64,000 nt of DNA from Auanema rhodensis (taxonomy: Eukaryota; Animalia; Nematoda), in contig OZ059898.1 of assembly GCA_964057225.1 (NCBI GenBank), positions 1,550,001 to 1,614,000 of the forward strand, read 5' to 3'. Under the pieces are notes generated by a model. It saw only the letters and a list, made by a program, of their open reading frames with translations, had not been told where the DNA came from and searched no databases. Positions 38,610 to 52,298 of the stretch are shown here, in pieces; the stretch's first letter is position 1, and each line of letters begins with the position of its first letter. The position numbers and the translations under genes were made by a program.

Positions 38610-41600
38610 CGCTAGCTTAAAAATGCACCGAGATATCAACTGATATAAGTTCACACTTATATCCTCGATTTTCACCCTGAAGAATTAATTTTTTTGTTGA
38701 ATAACATTGTCCATCGTCTTTGCCTTGAAAAAAGGAATCTAAAAACATCTACTTTTTGCTAAATTATTTAGAAATTTTTCGAAAAAATTTTTGTCAAAAT
38801 GTTTTTGGAAGCAATGTTGAGTGTACATGGAAACTCAACATACACTAATGCATCATTTTTCAAACGATCATAACTAATTTTTGTATTAAGCGTTTCTCAA
38901 TGTAGTATAGTGCATTCGATGCGGATTTTTAAGCTGCGTCGATCTGTGTTATCAGATTTGCGCTAGCTTAAAAATGCACCGTGAAATCAACTGATATAAG
39001 TTCACACTTATATCCTCGATTTTCACCCTGAAGAATTAATTTTTTCGTTGAATAACATTGTCCATCGTCTTTGCCTTGAAAAAAGGAATCTAAAAACATC
39101 TACTTTTTGCTAAATTATTTTGAAATTTTCTGAAAAAATTTTTGTCAAAATGTTTTTGGAAGCAATGTTGAGTGTACATGGAAACTCAACATACACTAAT
39201 GCATCATTTTTCAAACGATCATAACTAATTTTTGTATTAAGCGTTTCTCAATGTAGTATAGTGCATTCGATGCGGATTTTTAAGCTGCGTCGATCTGTGT
39301 TATCAGATTTGCGCTAGCTTAAAAATGCACCGAGATATCAACTGATATAAGTTCACACTTATATCCTCGATTTTCACCCTGAAGAATTAATTTTTTTGTT
39401 GAATAACATTGTCCATCGTCTTTGCCTTGAAAAAAGGAATCTAAAAACATCTACTTTTTGCTAAATTATTTAGAAATTTTTCGAAAAAATTTTTGTCAAA
39501 ATGTTTTTGGAAGCAATGTTGAGTGTACATGGAAACTCAACATACACTAATGCATCATTTTTCAAACGATCATAACTAATTTTTGTATTAAGCGTTTCTC
39601 AATGTAGTATAGTGCATTCGATGCGGATTTTTAAGCTGCGTCGATCTGTGTTATCAGATTTGCGCTAGCTTAAAAATGCACCGTGAAATCAACTGATATA
39701 AGTTCACACTTATATCCTCGATTTTCACCCTGAAGAATTAATTTTTTCGTTGAATAACATTGTCCATCGTCTTTGCCTTGAAAAAAGGAATCTAAAAACA
39801 TCTACTTTTTGCTAAATTATTTTGAAATTTTCTGAAAAAATTTTTGTCAAAATGTTTTTGGAAGCAATGTTGAGTGTACATGGAAACTCAACATACACTA
39901 ATGCATCATTTTTCAAACGATCATAACTAATTTTTGTATTAAGCGTTTCTCAATGTAGTATAGTGCATTCGATGCGGATTTTTAAGCTGCGTCGATCTGT
40001 GTTATCAGATTTGCGCTAGCTTAAAAATGCACCGTGAAATCAACTGATATAAGTTCACACTTATATCCTCGATTTTCACCCTGAAGAATTAATTTTTTCG
40101 TTGAATAACATTGTCCATCGTCTTTGCCTTGAAAAAAGGAATCTAAAAACATCTACTTTTTGCTAAATTATTTTGAAATTTTCTGAAAAAATTTTTGTCA
40201 AAATGTTTTTGGAAGCAATGTTGAGTGTACATGGAAACTCAACATACACTAATGCATCATTTTTCAAACGATCATAACTAATTTTTGTATTAAGCGTTTC
40301 TCAATGTAGTATAGTGCATTCGATGCGGATTTTTAAGCTGCGTCGATCTGTGTTATCAGATTTGCGCTAGCTTAAAAATGCACCGTGAAATCAACTGATA
40401 TAAGTTCACACTTATATCCTCGATTTTCACCCTGAAGAATTAATTTTTTCGTTGAATAACATTGTCCATCGTCTTTGCCTTGAAAAAAGGAATCTAAAAA
40501 CATCTACTTTTTGCTAAATTATTTTGAAATTTTCTGAAAAAATTTTTGTCAAAATGTTTTTGGAAGCAATGTTGAGTGTACATGGAAACTCAACATACAC
40601 TAATGCATCATTTTTCAAACGATCATAACTAATTTTTGTATTAAGCGTTTCTCAATGTAGTATAGTGCATTCGATGCGGATTTTTAAGCTGCGTCGATCT
40701 GTGTTATCAGATTTGCGCTAGCTTAAAAATGCACCGAGATATCAACTGATATAAGTTCACACATATATCCTCGATTTTCACCCTGAAGAATTAATTTTTT
40801 TGTTGAATAACATTGTCCATCGTCTTTGCCTTGAAAAAAGGAATCTAAAAACATCTACTTTTTGCTAAATTAATTTGAAATTTTTCGAAAAAATTTTTGT
40901 AAAAATGTTTTTGGAAGCAATGTTGAGTGTACATGGAAACTCAACATACACTAATGCATCATTTTTCAAACGATCATAACTAATTTTTGTATTAAGCGTT
41001 TCTCAAAGTAGTATAGTGCATTCGATGCGGATTTTTAAGCTGCGTCGATCTGTGTTATCAGATTTGCGCTAGCTTAAAAATGCACCGAGATATCAACTGA
41101 TATAAGTTCACACTTATATCCTCGATTTTCACCCTGAAGATTTAATTTTTTCGTTGAATAACATTGTCCATCGTCTTTGCCTTGAAAAATGGAATCTAAA
41201 AACATCTACTTTTTGCTAAATTATTTTGAAATTTTTCGAAAAAATTTTTGTCAAAATGTTTTTGGAAGCAATGTTGAGTGTACATGGAAACTCAACATAC
41301 ACTAATGCATCATTTTTCAAACGATCATAACTAATTTTTGTATTAAGCGTTTCTCAATGTAGTATAGTGCATTCGATGCGGATTTTTAAGCTGCGTCGAT
41401 CTGTGTTATCAGATTTGCGCTAGCTTAAAAATGCACCGTGAAATCAACTGATATAAGTTCACACTTATATCCTCGATTTTCACCCTGAAGATTTAATTTT
41501 TTCGTTGAATAACATTGTCCATCGTCTTTGCCTTGAAAAATGGAATCTAAAAACATCTACTTTTTGCTAAATTATTTTGAAATTTTCTGAAAAAATTTTT

Positions 41601-44600
41601 GTCAAAATGTTTTTGGAAGCAATGTTGAGTGTACATGGAAACTCAACATACACTAATGCATCATTTTTCAAACGATCATAACTAATTTTTGTATTAAGCG
41701 TTTCTCAATGTAGTATAGTGCATTCGATGCGGATTTTTAAGCTGCGTCGATCTGTGTTATCAGATTTGCGCTAGCTTAAAAATGCACCGTGAAATCAACT
41801 GATATAAGTTCACACTTATATCCTCGATTTTCACCCTGAAGATTTAATTTTTTCGTTGAATAACATTGTCCATCGTCTTTGCCTTGAAAAATGGAATCTA
41901 AAAACATCTACTTTTTGCTAAATTATTTTGAAATTTTCTGAAAAAATTTTTGTCAAAATGTTTTTGGAAGCAATGTTGAGTGTACATGGAAACTCAACAT
42001 ACACTAATGCATCATTTTTCAAACGATCATAACTAATTTTTGTATTAAGCGTTTCTCAATGTAGTATAGTGCATTCGATGCGGATTTTTAAGCTGCGTCG
42101 ATCTGTGTTATCAAATTTGCGCTAGCTTAAAAATGCACCGTGAAATCAACTGATATAAGTTCACACTTATATCCTCGATTTTCACCCTGAAGAATTAATT
42201 TTTTCGTTGAATAACATTGTCCATCGTCTTTGCCTTGAAAAATGGAATCTAAAAACATCTACTTTTTGCTAAATTATTTTGAAATTTTTCGAAAAAATTT
42301 TTGTCAAAATGTTTTTGGAAGCAATGTTGAGTGTACATGGAAACTCAACATACACTAATGCATCATTTTTCAAACGATCATAACTAATTTTTGTATTAAG
42401 CGTTTCTCAATGTAGTATAGTGCATTCGATGCGGATTTTTAAGCTGCGTCGATCTGTGTTATCAGATTTGCGCTAGCTTAAAAATGCACCGAGATATCAA
42501 CTGATATAAGTTCACACTTATATCCTCGATTTTCACCCTGAAGAATTAATTTTTTTGTTGAATAACATTGTCCATCGTCTTTGCCTTGAAAAAAGGAATC
42601 TAAAAACATCTACTTTTTGCTAAATTATTCTGAAATTTTTCGAAAAAATTTTTGACAAAATGTTTTTGGAAGCAATGTTGAGTGTACATGGAAACTCAAC
42701 ATACACTAATGCATCATTTTTCAAACGATCATAACTAATTTTTGTATTAAGCGTTTCTCAATGTAGTATAGTGCATTCGATGCGGATTTTTAAGCTGCGT
42801 CGATCTGTGTTATCAGATTTGCGCTAGCTTAAAAATGCACCGTGAAATCAACTGATATAAGTTCACACTTATATCCTCGATTTTCACCCTGAAGAATTAA
42901 TTTTTTCGTTGAATAACATTGTCCATCGTCTTTGCCTTGAAAAAAGGAATCTAAAAACATCTACTTTTTGCTAAATTATTTTGAAATTTTTCGAAAAAAT
43001 TTTTGTCAAAATGTTTTTGGAAGCAATGTTGAGTGTACATGGAAACTCAACATACACTAATGCATCATTTTTCAAACGATCATAACTAATTTTTGTATTA
43101 AGCGTTTCTCAATGTAGTATAGTGCATTCGATGCGGATTTTTAAGCTGCGTCGATCTGTGTTATCAGATTTGCGCTAGCTTAAAAATGCACCGAGATATC
43201 AACAGATATAAGTTCACACTTATATCCTCGATTTTCACCCTGAAGATTTAATTTTTTCGTTGAATAACATTGTCCATCGTCTTTGCCTTGAAAAATGGAA
43301 TCTAAAAACATCTACTTTTTGCTAAATTATTTTGAAATTTTTCGAAAAAATTTTTGTCAAAATGTTTTTGGAAGCAATGTTGAGTGTACATGGAAACTCA
43401 ACATACACTAATGCATCATTTTTCAAACGATCATAACTAATTTTTGTATTAAGCGTTTCTCAATGTAGTATAGTGCATTCGATGCGGATTTTTAAGCTGC
43501 GTCGATCTGTGTTATCAGATTTGCGCTAGCTTAAAAATGCACCGAGATATCAACTGATATAAGTTCACACTTATATCCTCGATTTTCACCCTGAAGATTT
43601 AATTTTTTCGTTGAATAACATTGTCCATCGTCTTTGCCTTGAAAAATGGAATCTAAAAACATCTATTTTTTGCTAAATTATTTTGAAATTTTTCGAAAAA
43701 ATTTTTGTCAAAATGTTTTTGGAAGCAATGTTGAGTGTACATGGAAACTCAACATACACTAATGCATCATTTTTCAAACGATCATAACTAATTTTTGTAT
43801 TAAGCGTTTCTCAATGTAGTATAGTGCATTCGATGCGGATTTTTAAGCTGCGTCGATCTGTGTTATCAGATTTGCGCTAGCTTAAAAATGCACCGAGATA
43901 TCAACTGATATAAGTTCACACTTATATCCTCGATTTTCACCCTGAAGATTTAATTTTTTCGTTGAATAACAATGTCCATCGTCTTTGCCTTGAAAAATGG
44001 AATCTAAAAACATCTACTTTTTGCTAAATTATTTTGAAATTTTTCGAAAAAATTTTTGTCAAAATGTTTTTGGAAGCAATGTTGAGTGTACATGGAAACT
44101 CAACATACACTAATGCATCATTTTTCAAACGATCATAACTAATTTTTGTATTAAGCGTTTCTCAATGTAGTATAGTGCATTCGATGCGGATTTTTAAGCT
44201 GCGTCGATCTGTGTTATCAGATTTGCGCTAGCTTAAAAATGCACCGAGATATCAACTGATATAAGTTCACACTTATATCCTCGATTTTCACCCTGAAGAT
44301 TTAATTTTTTCGTTGAATAACAATGTCCATCGTCTTTGCCTTGAAAAATGGAATCTAAAAACATCTACTTTTTGCTAAATTATTTTGAAATTTTTCGAAA
44401 AAATTTTTGTCAAAATGTTTTTGGAAGCAATGTTGAGTGTACATGGAAACTCAACATACACTAATGCATCATTTTTCAAACGATCATAACTAATTTTTGT
44501 ATTAAGCGTTTCTCAATGTAGTATAGTGCATTCGATGCGGATTTTCAAGCTGCGTCGATCTGTGTTATCAGATTTGCGCTAGCTTAAAAATGCACCGAGA

Positions 44601-47600
44601 TATCAACTGATATAAGTTCACACTTATATCCTCGATTTTCACCCTGAAGAATTAATTTTTTTGTTGAATAACATTGTCCATCGTCTTTGCCTTGAAAAAA
44701 GAAATCTAAAAACATCTACTTTTTGCTAAATTATTTTGAAATTTTTCGAAAAAATTTTTGTCAAAATGTTTTTGGAAGCAATGTTGAGTGTACATGGAAA
44801 CTCAACATACACTAATGCATCATTTTTCAAACGATCATAACTAATTTTTGTATTAAGCGTTTCTCAATGTAGTATAGTGCATTCGATGCGGATTTTCAAG
44901 CTGCGTCGATCTGTGTTATCAGATTTGCGCTAGCTTAAAAATGCACCGAGATATCAACTGATATAAGTTCACACTTATATCCTCGATTTTCACCCTGAAG
45001 AATTAATTTTTTTGTTGAATAACATTGTCCATCGTCTTTGCCTTGAAAAAAGAAATCTAAAAACATCTACTTTTTGCTAAATTATTTTGAAATTTTTCGA
45101 AAAAATTTTTGTCAAAATGTTTTTGGAAGCAATGTTGAGTGTACATGGAAACTCAACATACACTAATGCATCATTTTTCAAACGATCATAACTAATTTTT
45201 GTATTAAGCGTTTTTCAATGTAGTATAGTGCATTCGATGCGGATTTTCAAGCTGCGTCGATCTGTGTTATCAGATTTGCGCTAGCTTAAAAATGCACCGA
45301 GATATCAACTGATATAAGTTCACACTTATATCCTCGATTTTCACCCTGAAGAATTAATTTTTTTGTTGAATAACATTGTCCATCGTCTTTGCCTTAAAAA
45401 AAGAAATCTAAAAACATCTACTTTTTGCTAAATTATTTTGAAATTTTTCGAAAAAATTTTTGTCAAAATGTTTTTGGAAGCAATGTTGAGTGTACATGGA
45501 AACTCAACATACACTAATGCATCATTTTTCAAACGATCATAACTAATTTTTGTATTAAGCGTTTCTCAATGTAGTATAGTGCATTCGATGCGGATTTTTA
45601 AGCTGCGTCGATCTGTGTTATCAGATTTGCGCTAGCTTAAAAATGCACCGAGATATCAACTGATATAAGTTCACACTTATATCCTCGATTTTCACCCTGA
45701 AGATTTAATTTTTTCGTTGAATAACATTGTCCATCGTCTTTGCCTTGAAAAATGGAATCTAAAAACATCTACTTTTTGCTAAATTATTTTGAAATTTTTC
45801 GAAAAAATTTTTGTCAAAATGTTTTTGGAAGCAATGTTGAGTGTACATGGAAACTCAACATACACTAATGCATCATTTTTCAAACGATCATAACTAATTT
45901 TTGTATTAAGCGTTTCTCAATGTAGTATAGTGCATTCGATGCGGATTTTTAAGCTGCGTCGATCTGTGTTATCAGATTTGCGCTAGCTTAAAAATGCACC
46001 GAGATATCAACTGATATAAGTTCACACTTATATCCTCGATTTTGACCCTGAAGAATTAATTTTTTCGTTGAATAACATTGTCCATCGTCTTCGCCTTGAA
46101 AAAAGGAATCTAAAAACATCTACTTTTTGCTAAATTATTTTGAAATTTTTCGAAAAAATTTTTGTCAAATTGTTTTTGGAAGCAATGTTGAGTGTACATG
46201 GAAACTCAACATACACTAATGCATCATTTTTCAAACGATCATAACTAATTTTTGTATTAAGCGTTTCTCAATGTAGTATAGTGCATTCGATGCGGATTTT
46301 TAAGCTGCGTCGATCTGTGTTATCAGATTTGCGCTAGCTTAAAAATGCACCGTGAAATCAACTGATATAAGTTCACACTTATATCCTCGATTTTCACCCT
46401 GAAGAATTAATTTTTTCGTTGAATAACATTGTCCATCGTCTTTGCCTTGAAAAAAGGAATCTAAAAACATCTACTTTCTGCTAAATTATTTTGAAATTTT
46501 TCGAAAAAATTTTTGTCAAAATGTTTTTGGAAGCAATGTTGAGTGTACATGGAAACTCAACATACACTAATGCATCATTTTTCAAACGATCATAACTAAT
46601 TTTTGTATTAAGCGTTTCTCAATGTATTATAGTGCATTCGATGCGGATTTTTAAGCTGCGTCGATCTGTGTTATCAGATTTGCGCTAGCTTAAAAATGCA
46701 CCGTGAAATCAACTGATATAAGTTCACACTTATATCCTCGATTTTCACCCTGAAGAATTAATTTTTTCGTTGAATAACATTGTCCATCGTCTTTGCCTTG
46801 AAAAAAGAAATCTAAAAACATCTACTTTTTGCTAAATTATTCTGAAATTTTTCGAAAAAATTTTTGTCAAAATGTTTTTGGAAGCAATGTTGAGTGTACA
46901 TGGAAACTCAACATACACTAATGCATCATTTTTCAAACGATCATAACTAATTTTTGTATTAAGCGTTTCTCAATGTAGTATAGTGCATTCGATGCGGATT
47001 TTTAAGCTGCGTCGATCTGTGTTATCAGATTTGCGCTAGCTTAAAAATGCACCGAGATATCAACTGATATATGTTCACGCTTATATCCTCGATTTTCACC
47101 CTGAAGATTCAATTTTTTCGTTGAATAACATTGTCCATCGTCTTTGCCTTGAAAAATGGAATCTAAAAACATCTACTTTTTGCTAAATTATTTTGAAATT
47201 TTTCGAAAAAATTTTTGTCAAAATGTTTTTGGAAGCAATGTTGAGTGTACATGGAAACTCAACATACACTAATGCATCATTTTTCAAACGATCATAACTA
47301 ATTTTTGTATTAAGCGTTTCTCAATGTAGTATAGTGCATTCGATGCGGATTATTAAGCTGCGTCGATCTGTGTTATCAGATTTGCGCTAGCTTAAAAATG
47401 CACCGAGATATCAACTGATATAAGTTCACACTTATATCCTCGATTTTGACCCTGAAGAATTAATTTTTTCGTTGAATAACATTGTCCATCGTCTTCGCCT
47501 TGAAAAAAGGAATCTAAAAACATCTACTTTTTGCTAAATTATTTTGAAATTTTTCGAAAAAATTTTTGTCAAAATGTTTTTGGAAGCAATGTTGAGTGTA

Positions 47601-50192
47601 CATGGAAACTCAACATACACTAATGCATCATTTTTCAAACGATCATAACTAATTTTTGTATTAAGCGTTTCTCAATGTAGTATAGTGCATTCGATGCGGA
47701 TTTTTAAGCTGCGTCGATCTGTGTTATCAGATTTGCGCTAGCTTAAAAATGCACCGAGATATCAACTGATATAAGTTCACACTTATATCCTCGATTTTCA
47801 CCCTGAAGATTTAATTTTTTCGTTGAATAACATTGTCCATCGTCTTTGCCTTGAAAAATGGAATCTAAAAACATCTACTTTTTGCTAAATTATTTTGAAA
47901 TTTTTCGAAAAAATTTTTGTCAAAATGTTTTTGGAAGCAATGTTGAGTGTACATGGAAACTCAACATACACTAATGCATCATTTTTCAAACGATCATAAC
48001 TAATTTTTGTATTAAGCGTTTCTCAATGTAGTATAGTGCATTCGATGCGGATTTTTAAGCTGCGTCGATCTGTGTTATCAGATTTGCGCTAGCTTAAAAA
48101 TGCACCGAGATATCAACTGATATAAGTTCACACTTATATCCTCGATTTTCACCCTGAAGATTTAATTTTTTCGTTGAATAACATTGTCCATCGTCTTTGC
48201 CTTGAAAAATGGAATCTAAAAACATCTACTTTTTGCTAAATTATTTTGAAATTTTTCGAAAAAATTTTTGTCAAAATGTTTTTGGAAGCAATGTTGAGTG
48301 TACATGGAAACTCAACATACACTAATGCATCATTTTTCAAACGATCATAACTAATTTTTGTATTAAGCGTTTCTCAATGTAGTATAGTGCATTCGATGCG
48401 GATTTTTAAGCTGCGTCGATCTGTGTTATCAGATTTGCGCTAGCTTAAAAATGCACCGAGATATCAACTGATATAAGTTCACACTTATATCCTCGATTTT
48501 GACCCTGAAGAATTAATTTTTTCGTTGAATAACATTGTCCATCGTCTTCGCCTTGAAAAAAGGAATCTAAAAACATCTACTTTTTGCTAAATTATTTTGA
48601 AATTTTTCGAAAAAATTTTTGTCAAAATGTTTTTGGAAGCAATGTTGAGTGTACATGGAAACTCAACATACACTAATGCATCATTTTTCAAACGATCATA
48701 ACTAATTTTTGTATTAAGCGTTTCTCAATGTAGTATAGTGCATTCGATGCGGATTTTTAAGCTGCGTCGATCTGTGTTATCAGATTTGCGCTAGCTTAAA
48801 AATGCACCGAGATATCAACTGATATAAGTTCACACTTATATCCTCGATTTTCACCCTGAAGATTTAATTTTTTCGTTGAATAACATTGTCCATCGTCTTT
48901 GCCTTGAAAAATGGAATCTAAAAACATCTACTTTTTGCTAAATTATTTTGAAATTTTTCGAAAAAATTTTTGTCAAAATGTTTTTGGAAGCAATGTTGAG
49001 TGTACATGGAAACTCAACATACACTAATGCATCATTTTTCAAACGATCATAACTAATTTTTGTATTAAGCGTTTCTCAATGTAGTATAGTGCATTCGATG
49101 CGGATTTTTAAGCTGCGTCGATCTGTGTTATCAGATTTGCGCTAGCTTAAAAATGCACCGAGATATCAACTGATATAAGTTCACACTTATATCCTCGATT
49201 TTGACCCTGAAGAATTAATTTTTTCGTTGAATAACATTGTCCATCGTCTTCGCCTTGAAAAAAGGAATCTAAAAACATCTACTTTTTGCTAAATTATTCT
49301 GAAATTTTTCGAAAAAATTTTTGTCAAAATGTTTTTGGAAGCAATGTTGAGTGTACATGGAAACTCAACATACACTAATGCATCATTTTTCAAACGATCA
49401 TAACTAATTTTTGTATTAAGCGTTTCTCAATGTAGTATAGTGCATTCGATGCGGATTTTTAAGCTGCGTCGATCTGTGTTATCAGATTTGCGCTAGCTTA
49501 AAAATGCACCGTGAAATCAACTGATATAAGTTCACACTTATATCCTCGATTTTCACCCTGAAGATTTAATTTTTTCGTTGAATAACATTGTCCATCGTCT
49601 TTGCCTTGAAAAATGGAATCTAAAAACATCTACTTTTTGCTAAATTATTTTGAAATTTTTCGAAAAAATTTTTGTCAAAATGTTTTTGGAAGCAATGTTG
49701 AGTGTACATGGAAACTCAACATACACTAATGCATCATTTTTCAAACGATCATAACTAATTTTTGTATTAAGCGTTTCTCAATGTAGTATAGTGCATTCGA
49801 TGCGGATTTTTAAGCTGCGTCGATCTGTGTTATCAGATTTGCGCTAGCTTAAAAATGCACCGAGATATCAACTGATATAAGTTCACACTTATATCCTCGA
49901 TTTTCACCCTGAAGATTTAATTTTTTCGTTGAATAACATTGTCCATCGTCTTTGCCTTGAAAAAAGGAATCTAAAAACATCTACTTTTTGCTAAATTATT
50001 TTGAAATTTTTCGAAAAAATTTTTGTCAAAATGTTTTTGGAAGCAATGTTGAGTGTACATGGAAACTCAACATACACTAATGCATCATTTTTCAAACGAT
50101 CATAACTAATTTTTGTATTAAGCGTTTCTCAATGTAGTATAGTGCATTCGATGCGGATTTTCAAGCTGCGTCGATCTGTGTTATCAGATTTG

Positions 50193-52298
50193 CGCTAGCT
50201 TAAAAATGCACCGAGATATCAACTGATATAAGTTCACACTTATATCCTCGATTTTCACCCTGAAGATTTAATTTTTTCGTTGAATAACATTGTCCATCGT
50301 CTTTGCCTTGAAAAATGGAATCTAAAAACATCTACTTTTTGCTAAATTATTTTGAAATTTTTCGAAAAAATTTTTGTCAAAATGTTTTTGGAAGCAATGT
50401 TGAGTGTACATGGAAACTCAACATACACTAATGCATCATTTTTCAAACGATCATAACTAATTTTTGTATTAAGCGTTTCTCAATGTAGTATAGTGCATTC
50501 GATGCGGATTTTTAAGCTGCGTCGATCTGTGTTATCAGATTTGCGCTAGCTTAAAAATGCACCGAGATATCAACTGATATAAGTTCACACTTATATCCTC
50601 GATTTTGACCCTGAAGAATTAATTTTTTCGTTGAATAACATTGTCCATCGTCTTCGCCTTGAAAAAAGGAATCTAAAAACATCTACTTTTTGCTAAATTA
50701 TTTTGAAATTTTTCGAAAAAATTTTTGTCAAAATGTTTTTGGAAGCAATGTTGAGTGTACATGGAAACTCAACATACACTAATGCATCATTTTTCAAACG
50801 ATCATAACTAATTTTTGTATTAAGCGTTTCTCAATGTAGTATAGTGCATTCGATGCGGATTTTTAAGCTGCGTCGATCTGTGTTATCAGATTTGCGCTAG
50901 CTTAAAAATGCACCGAGATATCAACTGATATAAGTTCACACTTATATCCTCGATTTTCACCCTGAAGATTTAATTTTTTCGTTGAATAACAATGTCCATC
51001 GTCTTTGCCTTGAAAAATGGAATCTAAAAACATCTACTTTTTGCTAAATTATTTTGAAATTTTTCGAAAAAATTTTTGTCAAAATGTTTTTGGAAGCAAT
51101 GTTGAGTGTACATGGAAACTCAACATACACTAATGCATCATTTTTCAAACGATCATAACTAATTTTTGTATTAAGCGTTTCTCAATGTAGTATAGTGCAT
51201 TCGATGCGGATTTTCAAGCTGCGTCGATCTGTGTTATCAGATTTGCGCTAGCTTAAAAATGCACCGAGATATCAACTGATATAAGTTCACACTTATATCC
51301 TCGATTTTCACCCTGAAGATTTAATTTTTTCGTTGAATAACATTGTCCATCGTCTTTGCCTTGAAAAATGGAATCTAAAAACATCTACTTTTTGCTAAAT
51401 TATTTTGAAATTTTTCGAAAAAATTTTTGTCAAAATGTTTTTGGAAGCAATGTTGAGTGTACATGGAAACTCAACATACACTAATGCATCATTTTTCAAA
51501 CGATCATAACTAATTTTTGTATTAAGCGTTTCTCAATGTAGTATAGTGCATTCGATGCGGATTTTTAAGCTGCGTCGATCTGTGTTATCAGATTTGCGCT
51601 AGCTTAAAAATGCACCGAGATATCAACTGATATAAGTTCACACTTATATCCTCGATTTTGACCCTGAAGAATTAATTTTTTCGTTGAATAACATTGTCCA
51701 TCGTCTTCGCCTTGAAAAAAGGAATCTAAAAACATCTACTTTTTGCTAAATTATTTTGAAATTTTTCGAAAAAATTTTTGTCAAAATGTTTTTGGAAGCA
51801 ATGTTGAGTGTACATGGAAACTCAACATACACTAATGCATCATTTTTCAAACGATCATAACTAATTTTTGTATTAAGCGTTTCTCAATGTAGTATAGTGC
51901 ATTCGATGCGGATTTTTAAGCTGCGTCGATCTGTGTTATCAGATTTGCGCTAGCTTAAAAATGCACCGAGATATCAACTGATATAAGTTCACACTTATAT
52001 CCTCGATTTTCACCCTGAAGATTTAATTTTTTCGTTGAATAACAATGTCCATCGTCTTTGCCTTGAAAAATGGAATCTAAAAACATCTACTTTTTGCTAA
52101 ATTATTTTGAAATTTTTCGAAAAAATTTTTGTCAAAATGTTTTTGGAAGCAATGTTGAGTGTACATGGAAACTCAACATACACTAATGCATCATTTTTCA
52201 AACGATCATAACTAATTTTTGTATTAAGCGTTTCTCAATGTAGTATAGTGCATTCGATGCGGATTTTTAAGCTGCGTCGATCTGTGTTATCAGATTTG
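50193..52298. repeat. Two-copy 3-mer HOR (1053 bp)
   Basis: M144-146 and M147-149 each read B, U (C64G+T112C), B with T98A. T321C occurs at 50161-50162 and again 1053 bp later. Confidence 0.75.

Larger units (their letters stand above)
12988..41066. repeat. Three-copy variable-length super-repeat (20, 24 and 36 monomers)
   Basis: The same cassette B-J-K-B-P-Q-P starts at 12988, 20008 and 28431. J = C86T, T98C, T155C, A279G, T292A; K = CT>TC at p130-131 plus G346A. Marker monomer H' (T48A, T158A, C186A, T292A) lies at or near each unit end, at 19657, 26325/27729 and 40716. Confidence 0.88.
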
